This document shows positions 11,301 through 22,046 of a stretch of 64,000 nt of DNA, one piece after another (positions within the stretch are counted from its first letter, which is position 1; each line of letters begins with the position of its first letter). The stretch is taken from NCBI GenBank assembly GCA_963758525.1, contig CAVWVQ010000003.1, positions 640,001-704,000 on the forward strand, written 5' to 3'. Source of the DNA: an uncultured Phycisphaerales bacterium (lineage in GTDB: Bacteria; Planctomycetota; Phycisphaerae; Tepidisphaerales; Tepidisphaeraceae). Below the pieces are notes generated by a model. The model saw only the letters and a program-made list of their open reading frames with translations. It did not search any database and was not told where the DNA came from. The translations under genes were made by a program, and so were the position numbers.

Positions 11301-11355
11301 CCTTCCCGATACCGGCCGCGGCCTCGGCATCGCCGAGGTCCGCGCCTTCGATTAA
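8326..11355 (+). CDS. GH35 beta-galactosidase with C-terminal F5/8 type C (CBM32-like) domain
   Basis: SGTLHYPRVP, RVGPYVCAEW, QLENE, TEFWSGWF, NFYMIHGGTNF; C-terminal WLQVDLG...GIAEVRAF. Confidence 0.9.
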   Translation: MNTRLSNVALAILLMVSSRGARAADKPKGERNDQIYPPAAAAKEFIDFDGRGFIIDGRRTYICSGTLHYPRVPHELWADRMLRMKQASFNCLETYAFWNLSEPRENEWKFVGDSDIGAFLDTARKQGLYAIVRVGPYVCAEWDLGGWPIWLKFKPPVNVRTNDPAYLALNDHWYEKIFSIISPRQINRGGNVIMVQLENEHPLGWGVIKDQPYFVHLSDTAVKLGLQVPYFMSGLNHGGSPSPANINPSTRNNPWFTTEFWSGWFDAYRTLAEKKLRAIDNAQWNIVAHGGGGYNFYMIHGGTNFETWNDDSVGASYDYGTGIGQAGDLRLMYYRMKRVNQLAQSFPDILANSTDALGDFKDFASGKSVQVIGARRSDAGTLIFVQNSTRDPAIATLKAGDQLQLARYGTYPLPHDVVVAEGLKIADSTLPVLGLAKFDTGTTLIVYGEPGQTGHLTLAADSPMKTGLTTAGIEASLSNSKAPTLKITIPASGVEECNLAAGASELRVLATSRDLSLYTWLIGAAGKQYVIVGPAFVQDVQEKDGQAAVMIERYYGQAAPAQVAVYGAPGRSWHLGAKADTSLDDQPAPALSAWEKSVLPLADPDYNDSQWLHSEQPLEMGADGNTSAFGWYRTIVDMPAAGGGTLSFRAKDDAELFVNGHPIPVANGSANVDLTAGKNTIAFFVSHHGRNKAYSYLGSLVGRDDKGLVGAPVLTVAGQKRELTGWRQTGGPGEDPSRIQNWSAANGAASASGVPTFYRTQFSAKPPAELGAYPILRATFAGLSRGTMWMNGHNLGRYPEKIRVDSLYIPECWLSPGGDNVLTVFDEQGADPSQVQLIIEKVASREIVRASAPVPANTPLQVPPENPIRDLAAMNKGNLAFGRPAVASASNKGSSPGAATDGDTETNWSAPAKTRDVWLQVDLGQPHSVKVCEIFWDGPAKTMHYTLEGSTDGSTWAKLGDNTTAVPTSPDSPSELSRLNLAGEPTRYLRLTLPDTGRGLGIAEVRAFD

Positions 11356-11615
11356 AGCAATCACAATGTCCGTGTGCGGACCATGCGTTGCTGAGTTCTC
11401 GTCGCGCATGCGCGGCGACAAGGAACGATCCGTTTTGCCGACCAAACCTCCTCCGACTCGGGCTTCACCCACACACAACTGGCGCTTGTACTCCTTCCTG
11501 GTCCTCGCGGCGTGCATTGAGCGTCAGAAAATATACTCGTAAAGCAAACATCATGTTTCAAATTGTTCCTCACGGGAGGTATCATTTGGGATTCAGACCT
11601 CTGGCGGAGTTCGCT

Positions 11616-12497
11616 ATGCATGTCCAGCGGTACAAATGTTCATCGAGAGCGCCCGGCGGCGGTTTCCGTCAGCGGGTCAGGGATGCATTCACCTTGGTGG
11701 AGTTGCTGGTGGTCATGGGGATCATTGCGATCTTGATTGCCGTGCTGCTGCCGGCCCTGCATGCTGCGCAGGCATCCGCTCGTGCCATCTCCTGTGCGAG
11801 CACGCTCAGACAGCTGGGCACGCTCGTGCAGATGTACGTCTCTGACTCCAAGGGCTATATGCCCTGCGGTTACAATCTGGTAGGAAATGCGTACAACAAC
11901 CCGGCATTATCCGGATGGACGAGCAGCTATCTGGGCATAGCGAACATCAGCGCAGCCGACGCCCAGACGAAAATTGGTCTCACCCCGCTGCTCAAATGCC
12001 CCGAGGCCATGGTGCAGTATTCCTCCTACGCTGCGGGACAGAGTCGGTCGTACGCATTTAACGGCCAGCTATGGTACGACTACGTTGACGAAGTCAGTTC
12101 ATATTCCAGTGCATCGCCCGCCGTCTGGGCGGCCGGCGGGACTCTGGTGAAATACAATCAGCCCTACTCGGTAACGCAATGCGCGCTCGCATTTTGCTCT
12201 GGGGAATGGGTGCCCAATACCGAGTACGCAACCTACGTATTTGCGAACGGAACCAGCCCGAGTTACTTGCCAATGTGTCCTCATGGAGGAAGGCACTTGA
12301 CAAACATCGGCTCCAGCTCGATTTGGAACGACGGGTCTGCCAACACTCTGTTTTTTGACGGGCACGTCGAGGCGCTCAAGCCTGACTTAACCGGTGTCAA
12401 CGGGAATGGCGCCATCCCATGTATTCGGCCCAACTCTCCGCAGCGGCTTAACTGGAACTTGTTCTGGAAGGGCATCAACAGCGCGACGTCCGGTTGA
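11616..12497 (+). CDS. Prepilin-type (DUF1559/H-X9-DG-like) protein
   Basis: [40 protein letters not shown] upstream of ATG 11616. Confidence 0.9.
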   Translation: MHVQRYKCSSRAPGGGFRQRVRDAFTLVELLVVMGIIAILIAVLLPALHAAQASARAISCASTLRQLGTLVQMYVSDSKGYMPCGYNLVGNAYNNPALSGWTSSYLGIANISAADAQTKIGLTPLLKCPEAMVQYSSYAAGQSRSYAFNGQLWYDYVDEVSSYSSASPAVWAAGGTLVKYNQPYSVTQCALAFCSGEWVPNTEYATYVFANGTSPSYLPMCPHGGRHLTNIGSSSIWNDGSANTLFFDGHVEALKPDLTGVNGNGAIPCIRPNSPQRLNWNLFWKGINSATSG

Positions 12498-12602
12498 TTG
12501 TCCCCGGGTAGCAATGCTTAGACGGGCAAACGACCTAAACTTCCTTCTGCACCGAATCCGGCATCTGGGTGATTTTCCCGTTAGCTTGGTGGATCTTCTC
12601 CA

Positions 12603-14462
12603 TCATCGCGACGCCGGAGAGGTCAGGTGGAATGTTCGGTAGACGGTTTCAGAGGGCTTTACGCCGTGGTCCGAGTCGAAGAGGCCGACTTGGTACGCGC
12701 CAATGGTGACTTCGATCGGGGCACTGGCGCCGGCGGGAAACTCGGCGGGGACAAACGCGCCGTCCTTAATAATGCCCGGGCCTTTGAAGACGAAATAATC
12801 GACTGGCAGGCCTGCGGAGCTCTTGGCGGTTAGCGCAATCCTGGCGGCTGTCGCTGGCACATCGGAAATCGCTGGAAACTCTACAGTCTGAGGTTTGGCG
12901 GCTGGGTTTGCGTTAGATGGTGTCCATGCGATGTTGCACGTGCGGCCGGCCGCGGCGAATTCGTCCGTGCTTTCATGAAAAACACGAACGAAGGACATTG
13001 TAAAGCCGGCATCAGGATCGATGCGGTGGCGCACCATCCGCAGCGTCAGACGCGTTTCGGTGACGCCGCGATCATCCTTAAATTGTTCGCTGTTCACCAG
13101 AACCAGGTCTCCGCCGTGCGGGGCAAATTGCAGGGGAATGTCGGTGGTCGGCAATCTGGTCTTCCCGGGAAAAAGCACGTTGGCATAGACGGGCGGGGCC
13201 GCGGGGTCTTTACGGCGGTTCACCGTGTCGATGTCGGGGGGTTTAGCGAAGTGATAGGTCGTGAGTGTGAAAAGCCCCTCGCCGTGCAGCATCTTCTGCG
13301 GATCTGGATAAGTCGCCATGGATCCCTTGGCGAGGCTGAGGGGCTGGCCGCTTCCATCGAGGAACGTGAACAGCTCCATCTTCTTGCGCGGCTCCGCATA
13401 GCCGAGGTCGAAGGCGCGTTTGGCAAGGTTCTCATTAGGAAACCACAGGGCATGATCGCGGTGACCTTTGAATTGGAGATACGGCGCGGGCATCGGATAG
13501 TCCTTGGGCAGATCGCCCGTCGCCGGGATACGTCCATTGATCAGCCAGCCATCCTTCAGCGTGAGGTTCTTCATCGGCGCCTCGGGAGTCTCGGGCAAGC
13601 GCGCTGTTGCGATGGCATCGAGCCAGTCCGCGACGAACTGATAGTCGCGCGGCAGCATATCGAAGTGCCCGCTGGTCATGTCCCAGCAGTTCCCGAACAG
13701 CTCATTGCGTGGCTCGTACGTGGTGCCGGGATTGTCATCGTGATCGCGGCGATAGGGGCCAAGACCCGCGGCGCTGAACTCGTGCGGGTAGGCGCTCCAG
13801 CTCACCGTCTCCTGGCTGCCTGAACCCACGAACAGGATCGGCACATTGCGCAGAGCCATGTCGGGCGTGGCCGCCTTGGCCTTGCCGGCAACAAAGTTGC
13901 TGTACACATCAGGCATCCCCGCCTTGATCGGAATGGCCGCGAGACACTGCTCGGGTTTCCGCATGGCAGCGTCGAAGGGAAATTCACAGTACGCCGAATG
14001 CGCCAACGGCACGATTGGCGCGTTGACCAGCTCCGGGTGCGCGGAGAGATTAGCCAAGCCTTGCAGGTAATGGTCGTAGACAGCGGTCTTGGCCGGATCA
14101 GTGACGTCGTAGAAGCCGGCCATGATCGAGCCGATGTCCTTCGCCCAGGGCATGAGCAGGATTTGAGCGATGCCATCCTTGCGGCACACCGCGCGCACGG
14201 CCGGATTTTGCAGGATATTGATCGGCAGTCCGTTGTGATACCCGATCATCACCGCACGTATCTTTGGGGTATTCGGCGGAATCCAGAGGTAGGCCCCGAG
14301 GTTGATCCGCGCTTTCGCTTCCGGGCTCGGCAGAAAATATTGATAGATGGAATCGATCCCAGCATCTGTGGGGTTAGCGGCTGCAAGTCCATCGCTGCTT
14401 GAGATGTTCAAGAGCAGGACCAGCAAAGCGATTCTTTTGCTGATGCTCACGCGCTCTTCCAA
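12603..14462 (-). CDS. Secreted alpha/beta-hydrolase-like protein with C-terminal beta-rich domain (paralog 1)
   Basis: Signal peptide; YLWIPP; AHSAY nucleophile-elbow-like motif; similar to 56874-58846 and 59058-60677. Confidence 0.65.
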   Translation of the reverse strand: MEERVSISKRIALLVLLLNISSSDGLAAANPTDAGIDSIYQYFLPSPEAKARINLGAYLWIPPNTPKIRAVMIGYHNGLPINILQNPAVRAVCRKDGIAQILLMPWAKDIGSIMAGFYDVTDPAKTAVYDHYLQGLANLSAHPELVNAPIVPLAHSAYCEFPFDAAMRKPEQCLAAIPIKAGMPDVYSNFVAGKAKAATPDMALRNVPILFVGSGSQETVSWSAYPHEFSAAGLGPYRRDHDDNPGTTYEPRNELFGNCWDMTSGHFDMLPRDYQFVADWLDAIATARLPETPEAPMKNLTLKDGWLINGRIPATGDLPKDYPMPAPYLQFKGHRDHALWFPNENLAKRAFDLGYAEPRKKMELFTFLDGSGQPLSLAKGSMATYPDPQKMLHGEGLFTLTTYHFAKPPDIDTVNRRKDPAAPPVYANVLFPGKTRLPTTDIPLQFAPHGGDLVLVNSEQFKDDRGVTETRLTLRMVRHRIDPDAGFTMSFVRVFHESTDEFAAAGRTCNIAWTPSNANPAAKPQTVEFPAISDVPATAARIALTAKSSAGLPVDYFVFKGPGIIKDGAFVPAEFPAGASAPIEVTIGAYQVGLFDSDHGVKPSETVYRTFHLTSPASR

Positions 14463-14509
14463 ACTTGGGTGTGATGGATCTGGGCTTTAGTCTTTCCGAA
14501 GCCAGGCGG

Positions 14510-15525
14510 TCAGTCGCCGGCGGTGGCAGTCCAATAGCCCCTGGGCTGATCCGTGTTGTTCCACTTGATTTGCAAATCGCCAACCCGACCCAGATTGCTG
14601 GTGACAGTGCCAACAATCCATGGCGAACCCGCGACACAGTACTTCGTGTCACCGAGTATTGTGCTGAGGTACACCGTATCGGCATGGCCGTCGGCGTAGG
14701 CGATCGAAACGGAGGAACTGCCGATGCCGTTGGCCACGTCCTGCGGATTTCCCGACGGATTGTGGCTCATGATTCCCATGCTGCGCGCACCGAAATAGCT
14801 GGGGTCGCCGCTGGCATTCACGCCGCCGAAATGAAACTGGCTGTAGTCGCCGATTGATGCTCCGCCAACAGTCTGCGATTGTGAAAACCCATCGAATATC
14901 ATGATCGTATCATACGCGACGTTGCTGATCTGCATCGTTCGCGGAATCACGTTTGACGATGCATCCACGCGTTCCACGTAATTCGTGCCACTCCAAAAAT
15001 CCCGGATGGGGCCGAACGGCATGATCAACGGCGTGTGTTGGGTATTGCCGATGACCAATCCGACTTGCGGGGGGCGCCGGCAAACGCCCCGTTCACTTTA
15101 TACGACAGCCGCGCCGAATACTTGACCCCGTTATAGGTGTAGATGCCTTCTGAAGCGTTCAAGGGAGATTCCAATTGGAATACGGTGCCGGGGCATTCGA
15201 ATACGCTGGCGCTGAAGCCGACGTAGGGGAGGAGCTGGCTAGTCCAGTGCTTATATCCCTGCCCGTCAAACCTTGGGAGATAACCCTTGTTGTCTGTTGT
15301 GTACATGACTGCCGCGGTAATGAGCTGCCGGACATTGGAAAGACAGGCGGTCCGCCTCGCGGCGATCCGGGCCTTGCTCAAAACCGGGAGGAGGATCGCA
15401 ACCAGCAGTGCGATGATGCCGATGACCACCAAAAGTTCTACCAGGGTAAATCCGCCCTTGCGGCAGCGCGACGATGATGCATCCACGGGTCGGCCGAACA
15501 AGTTGAAGGCAGGGAGACACGTCAT
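14510..15525 (-). CDS. Prepilin-type (DUF1559/H-X9-DG-like) protein; frameshift near 15050
   Basis: ORFs 15025-15525 (GFTLVELL) and 14510-15058 (SIAYADGH) join; homologous to 47633-48565. Confidence 0.85.
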
Positions 15526-15730
15526 TGATCAATTCCTCGTTGAAATGCGCCCTCCCGCTCTGCGCAACCACCTCCGACCTCTATTCTAGCATAGCATCAG
15601 AATAGAGTTCTAGATTAAATTGGGAAAATTTACACGAATTAACGCTTCGATGGCGCGGCCGCGCGACACTGGATATCGATTTCCCTCGTGGAAAAACCGG
15701 CATTTTCAAAGCGCATGTAAGTTAGAACTA

Positions 15731-16561
15731 TCATTCCCAACCCTTCCAAAAGGTCGCGTTGACCGCCGGCGAATAAGTTCCGGCTAGCATGCCCTGCGGC
15801 ATGACTTCCGCGTGCCCGTCAAAGAAGAGAATACACTCCGAACCATTCTGCACGTCGGCCGCCGTTTTGCCCGGCCACTTCCATCCCAGCGGAATGACCG
15901 CCGTCGCGCCGTGAAAACATCCGGCGGCATATTGATCCCCGAAAATCGCGTTAAAGTAATAGCCGCCGCTGAAGGTTGACATTGCCGGGGCGTCGAACAG
16001 CCAGGCCGACTGGCTCCCGCCGAACGGGATCTTGCTGAATCGCACTCCCTTTCCGTTGCCTCCCATGGAGACCGGCTTCCAGTCGGAAGTATAGGAGAGA
16101 TAGGTGCAGAAGCTTCCCGTAGTTGTGGCTGAATTAAGATAGTTGTCGTTGATCGCCAGGGCTGCCGGACACCAGGTAATCCCCAGCTTCCTGATTTGCG
16201 TCTCCGCCGAGCCGGCGTTGCCGTTGCTGTTGAGATTGATGTATTGCTCGAGCGGATCGTACGAGGAGACTTCCTCAAAGTTATATTTGAACGCCAGCAT
16301 GTTCGGACCCGGACATTGCCCCTTATGCTCATTGGCATACGCGATTGCCGCGACTCCGATCTGCCGCAGATTGCTCATGCACTTGATCCGCTGCGCGGAG
16401 TCGCGTGCTCGCGCGAGCGCCGGCAACAGAATCGCGACGAGAATCGCAATGATCCCGATGACGACCAATAGTTCGACAAGGGTAAAGCCGTTCGGCTTGC
16501 AGGTACGAAGGCGAGAAGGAAAGGCACGAAGGCACCCGCCGCGGCGGGTAAACTGCGGCAT
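15731..16561 (-). CDS. Prepilin-type (DUF1559/H-X9-DG-like) protein
   Basis: [34 protein letters not shown]; start uncertain. Confidence 0.88.
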   Translation of the reverse strand: MPQFTRRGGCLRAFPSRLRTCKPNGFTLVELLVVIGIIAILVAILLPALARARDSAQRIKCMSNLRQIGVAAIAYANEHKGQCPGPNMLAFKYNFEEVSSYDPLEQYINLNSNGNAGSAETQIRKLGITWCPAALAINDNYLNSATTTGSFCTYLSYTSDWKPVSMGGNGKGVRFSKIPFGGSQSAWLFDAPAMSTFSGGYYFNAIFGDQYAAGCFHGATAVIPLGWKWPGKTAADVQNGSECILFFDGHAEVMPQGMLAGTYSPAVNATFWKGWE

Positions 16562-16761
16562 CCCGGCGCGCCGGGACCTTGCTGCGGCACGAAGAGGAGG
16601 AGAGCTGGGGCTCACTGCGGGGAGATCGTGCAGCTTGCAATCGCTCGCTTTCGGCATCTTAATCAGAACAATCGCTTCGCCGTCGCCAAACGGTGAGAGA
16701 ACAGACGACCTCGAACGCCAAGCGGATCGCGATGCCAAAGTACCCCGCTGTCGCTGGAATT

Positions 16762-19700
16762 CTACTGGGCCGTCACCTGCCGACGACGACGGCGACGGCC
16801 GCTTAGCATCGGCAACAACCCTCCGAGCACCAGCATCGAAGTGCCTGGTTCGGGGGTGGCATTATACACCACGTCGAGGCTGAACGACGTGCTACTGATT
16901 TCCTCCAACTCCAGCAGCGGAGCGCCGCCGGTGCCGTACGCGCCGCCCGAGAATTCACTGGTGGGCAAAGCCAAAATAAAGCCGGCCGACGATGCACCCG
17001 CTCCGGCGGTGGCCAGAACCGTGGAGTTGCCGGCGCCGGGGCACTGACATTGCCGGCAAGCGCCGAGAAGGAGGCGATCTGCCAGATGTTGTCTTGCGTC
17101 GGGTCAAGTGACCCCGTGGGAGCGGAGGCGGCAACCGTAAAAGGGCTGCCCGTGGTGCTGGTGAGGGTCAGCGTTGGCGTGGTGCCGAGGGTAAGGCTCA
17201 TGGTGTCCGAGACGCTCGCGTTCGCCACGCGGGCGGTATAGCCGCCTCCGCCGGCCCAGGTCTGGCCGCCGGTGGTGGCGGATTCTCCAGTCGACCCGCC
17301 GTCGTTGACAGCGATGGCCCCGCCGCTGTTGACGTTGACGGTCCCGGTTCCGAACGGGCTAGAACCGGTTCCACTGAGAGTGCCGCCGGTGACTGTGCTG
17401 CCGCCCGTATACGAATTCGCCGCTGTTAGTATCAGGGTTCCGTTTCCAGTCTTGGTCAGCGTGGAACCAACCGTCGACTCGCCCACGGCAGCCCCGATGG
17501 TCAGGCCGTTGGCGGCGTTGGCCACCGAGGCGTTCAGATTGCTTTTGAGCGTGATCGGCACGTTGATGGCGTTGGAGTTGCCGCTCGCGCTGCTGTCGGC
17601 GATGGTCACCGCGGCGCTGTTGCCCGTGTTATCGAGAATGATCGAGCTGAGACTATTGCCCGCGTCGTTGATGGTGTAATTGTGACCGGACACGGCGCTG
17701 GAGAACTGGATGCCTTGAATGTTCCGGGTGCTGTTGAGCGTGACCGTATTACTGCCACTGCCGCCGGTGCTGCCTCCGTCTGCAAACTGAGCGATTGCCC
17801 CGGAAGCCAGTGTGGAAGGAGACGACGTCGCACCTGGATCGAAGTAGGTCCAGTCCGCCGCACTCGCCGCATCCCAGGCGTTGCCGCTGGCAGCGTTATA
17901 GGTATTGGTCGCCTGATAACCGCCCACGGCAACGGTGTGGGCACCCACCGCAGCCAATCCGTCAGTGGTCGCGGATGAGGCAGTGGTGTTGATGCCCACC
18001 AGCATGGATGAGAGGCCATTGGCCAGGACCACGCGGCTGGTGCCGCCGGCGACGGCCGTGGAATTGCCGGTAACAAGATTGGTGAACGTGCCGCTCAACG
18101 CGGTGCTGCCAGTCACGATATTGTAAAGCTGGGTTGTATTGGCAGGCGGCGTATAGCTGTTGATGAGGCCGAGGCTCAGCCGGCCACCAAGGGCGGTTGC
18201 TCCGCTGACGGTGACGTTGTCGTAGTCGGCTGCGGTCACTGCAAAACCGCCGGCCGATGTCGTCCCACCGATGTTGATGGCCAGGGCCGCCTTGTTACTG
18301 GTGACTGAATACCCGCCCGTGATGGCGGTTCGGCCGGTGTACTGCGTGCCGGCGGTGTAGGTGCCCTGCGTGCTGGTGGGCTTGAAACCAGGCGCGAGAG
18401 TACCCCCCCCGTTGATGAGCGTGCCAGTCGTGGAAGTGGTCCCATCCGTGCCCGTCAGGTTGGCCGCAGTGTAGGTGGGGACGGTTAACGTGCCGCCGGT
18501 CCACTTGAATGTATTGCTCCCGCCCGTTCCGGGAGCACCGGCTGCCGATATAGCGCCACTTGAAAGCAGTAGCCCGGAAGAGAGGTTGATCGATGAGACG
18601 TAATCGTTATGTGTAGTGCCGATCGGAAATCCGTTGCCGCTGCCACTGGTGATGCCGTTCTGGAACGTCCCGCCGGCAATGTTTAGTATGTCGGTGGTCA
18701 CCGAAGTTTGGTCGGTCCCGCCCTTGCCAATGCCCGTATTTGTGCCGGCGCCCGTGATATCCAGGATGCCACCGTTCACGTTGATGGTGATGGTCGTCCC
18801 ACCTGTCTGCTGCTCGCCTGGATCAAAGCCAGACCCAAAGGCCAGGGTTCCGGCAGAAACGGTGGTCATCCCGCCAGCCGAGTCGTAGAAACGGCCGCCG
18901 CCGGTGAAGTTTACCGTCGCGCCGTTCACAGTGAGCAAGCCTGGCTGGTTGGTGCCGCCATTGGCAGGGCCGCTGGAGAAATTGTACGTCCCGCTCTGGA
19001 AAACCGTCGTCGCGGTCACGTTGTTGCCCATGAAGGTGTTGGCGATATTTAGTGTAGCCCCGGAACCGGTCAGCGTCAGCTTGCCGCCAGCGGCACTGTT
19101 GGTCAGGTTCGAAAGCGCCTGAGTGCCAGAGGCAAAATTCACCGTATTACCTGCTGCCAGCGTGTTGCTGTAGGTGATCGTCGGCGTGCCCGTGGCGCTC
19201 ACGTTGCCAAGAGTAAACGCAGTGTTGGTTGTCGCGCCAAAAGTCAAAGCCGCGGTTCCCGCCAGCGTGACCGTGCCAGTGGTGCTGCCGCCGTTGATCG
19301 TATTCGTGGAACCGGTGTTTAACACAACGTTTCCGGCCGTGCCGCTGTTGGTAAAAGTGCCGCTGTTGTTCACTGCAGCGGTGGTCCCGCCGTTGCTGAG
19401 GGTGGTGCCAGCGTTCACGGTTACCCCACTGGACGCTGCAATGGTACCCGTGCTGGCGACCACCAGCGTTCCTTGCTCGATTGTGGTGGGGCCTGTAAAC
19501 GTGTTTGTCCCCGCAAGCGTGAGCGTGCTGGCACCGAATTTCGTGAGCGCAACGCTTGTGGGTCCAACTGCATCGGTGATGGCCGCGTTGATGGTTCCAT
19601 TCGCTGCTGTATCAACGAACAGTTCTGAGTTGGCGGCGGCGGTGGTGATGCTGCCGTCGTTGGCGGACGAACCAAGAACCGCCGTAGCATTACCCAGGAT

Positions 19701-21598
19701 GAGGCCGCCGCTGGTCAGCGTCAGGGTGTTGCCGCCGAATCCCTGTGTGCCCGCCGCAGAATAGATCAGCGAGTTCTCGGCGATTGGCCCGCCGAAAGCC
19801 GACTGATTTCCCGTGATCTTGACGTTGCTGGTCAAATTACCGTCGAAGGTGGTTACGTTCGTGCCGTTGATATTCCCATAGGCGCCAAGGTGATTGGCGC
19901 CGGTGACGGTGAGGAAGTTGGTATTACTGGTCTCGACCGAATAGGGCAATATGCCGTTGATCAGCGTGGGTGGGGTTGTCAATACGATGGCGTCTAGTGG
20001 AAGATTTGCGCTAGCCAGAAATGCGGAAAGGGTTGAGTGCGTTCCTGGCGTGATCGACGGGATGGTAAACGTCGAGGTATTGTTCGTTCCGCTGGCGGCA
20101 GTAAAGCTGAGAAAAGATGTCTGGCTCCCGCCGAGCGTGATGTTGCCGGCGGAGCCGCTGCCCGCCGTGTTGTTTCCTGCCGTAATGCCTTTGTAGGCGA
20201 GCGTGCCACCGTTCAGTGTGATGGCGCTGAACCGAGCCGGCTAACAGCTGCGGCACCGCTGGCGGAGTTGTCATAGGTAAGCGTGGAGGTGGCCTGCCCA
20301 ACGGCGCCGATGGTGATGGCGCTGGTGCTGGCGATTGCGCCACTGGCGCCACTGAGAGTGACCCCGCCGCCGCCACCGTTTACTAAGGTCGATCCCGTAA
20401 AGGTATTCGCGCCCGTCAGGGAGATTGTAGCCGTGCCAGCCTTGACCAGTGAGAGCACGCCGCTGGTCGCGCCACCGTTGCTGTTATCTTCCAGAATCCC
20501 GGCGAAGGCCCCGCCGCCGCCGTTGCTGTTGCCGATGGTGAACGTTGCGCTGGTGTTGCTGTTGTCATAGACCAATGCTCCGACCGAGCCGGAGAATGCT
20601 CCGACTCCCTGCGGCAAACCGCTGAGATTCAACTGCCCTGCGGCGCCCATTGACAAGGTGCCGGAATTGGCGGTGCCGCCTGAGCCATCGCCCAGCGAAT
20701 TCGCCGCCGTGAAGGCGACGATTCCGGAGGTGATCGTGGTGCCGCCGTTGTAGATGTTGTTCGTGCCGCCACCCAGGGTAGTGATCGCCGTCGCACCGCT
20801 GCCCGTAGTATTGATCACCAGTGCGGTAGATCGGCCGCCGGCGTTGTTGCCGTTGTTTTGGATCGCACCGGAGATTGTGACGCCGCCAGACCCCGTACCG
20901 GTCAGTAGGAAGGTACTGGTTCCCGTGTTTTCCTGGTTAAAGATTGTGCCCCCTAAAGTCAGGAGACTGCTCGAATTGTTAACGATATTCGAGTTTAAGC
21001 TGAGGCTGCTTGGTGCATTCACGGACGAAGCGAGTGACGAGTTGATCGTAACAGCGCCGACGCCCGCGTTCATTGTCAGCACGTTTGTTGCCGTCCCGGT
21101 GCTGCCAAGACCCAAGCCAATCGTGCCGCCGTTGAACGTCCAACTGCCGGTCGCCCCGGCTGATGCATTACCGAGCCCCGGATTTCCAAACGTCATGCTG
21201 TTGACGACATTGGTCGAGACGAGGCTCACGGCGATTACCGACGGTCCTGTCGCATTGACATCATCGGAAAAAACGGCGTCGTCGCCGGTGCTTACCACGG
21301 TATTGCCGGCATTGCTGCCAACGGTAAAAGTGGTCAATGCCGCGTTGGCGGCAGTGGAGTCAGTATTCCAAACCGAACTGGTGGTGTTCCAAGTTCCGGT
21401 CGCATTGGTCCCGGTCGTTCCCGTTGGCTCCCAGTATTTCGTGGCGGCCTGCGAGGTCCGAGCAATGATGGTAGAAACAGGTATTGCGGCGAGCACCGCT
21501 GCCAGCCGCAGTCTCCGCTGCCGGTTTTGCCTAGTCCGCTGAGTACAATTTGTGCTGGGATTTTCCGCGACGATCCGATTCCTGGAAATGCCCGTCAT
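16762..21598 (-). CDS. Large PEP-CTERM autotransporter-repeat protein (2); frameshifts near 20230, 19990 and 17040
   Basis: Fragments 20213-21598, 19994-20209, 16803-19982 and 16762-16974; the last ends [16 protein letters not shown]...RRRRRR; paralog of 22047-27152. Confidence 0.85.
17137..17600. repeat. 464-bp direct repeat, identical to 22420-22883
   Basis: Base-by-base comparison by eye. Confidence 0.85.
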
Positions 21599-21718
21599 TC
21601 TCGCCTCCGAAAGCCGTCCGCACGCCTCGACCGATAGGATTCACCAGTCCGACTGCACCAAAATCGGCTGATGAAAAGCAACTCTACCATCGATTGCGTG
21701 GGATACAAGATAATTGTT
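21560..21718 (-). promoter_or_regulatory. Conserved 5' leader/promoter, near-identical to 27114-27274
   Basis: About 160 bp with two substitutions and two single-C indels. Confidence 0.8.
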
Positions 21719-22046
21719 TCAGCCTTTTTCTGGATTACTCTTGAAGTGGAGCAGCCGAGAACCAACGCGAATAGCGGTAGACAACGGCGAAAAGAGGCCA
21801 TTGTAAGATAGAAAATGTCAAGTATTGCGGCAAGACGGCGGAGGATTGCAACCGGGCGCTGCACGGACCGTTGGATGGAGGACCGATCCGATCTGTCGGC
21901 GTCAGCAGTCCCATCAGACGAACGGCCCGAGCCGCACGACCGCAGCGTCCCCAAACCAACAGCAAACCCGTCTCGGAATCCGGGTATCGCTCCGTCTTTC
22001 TTCATGCCATCTGGCGGGGGACGTGCTATCTGCTCCGGCGGGGAAG

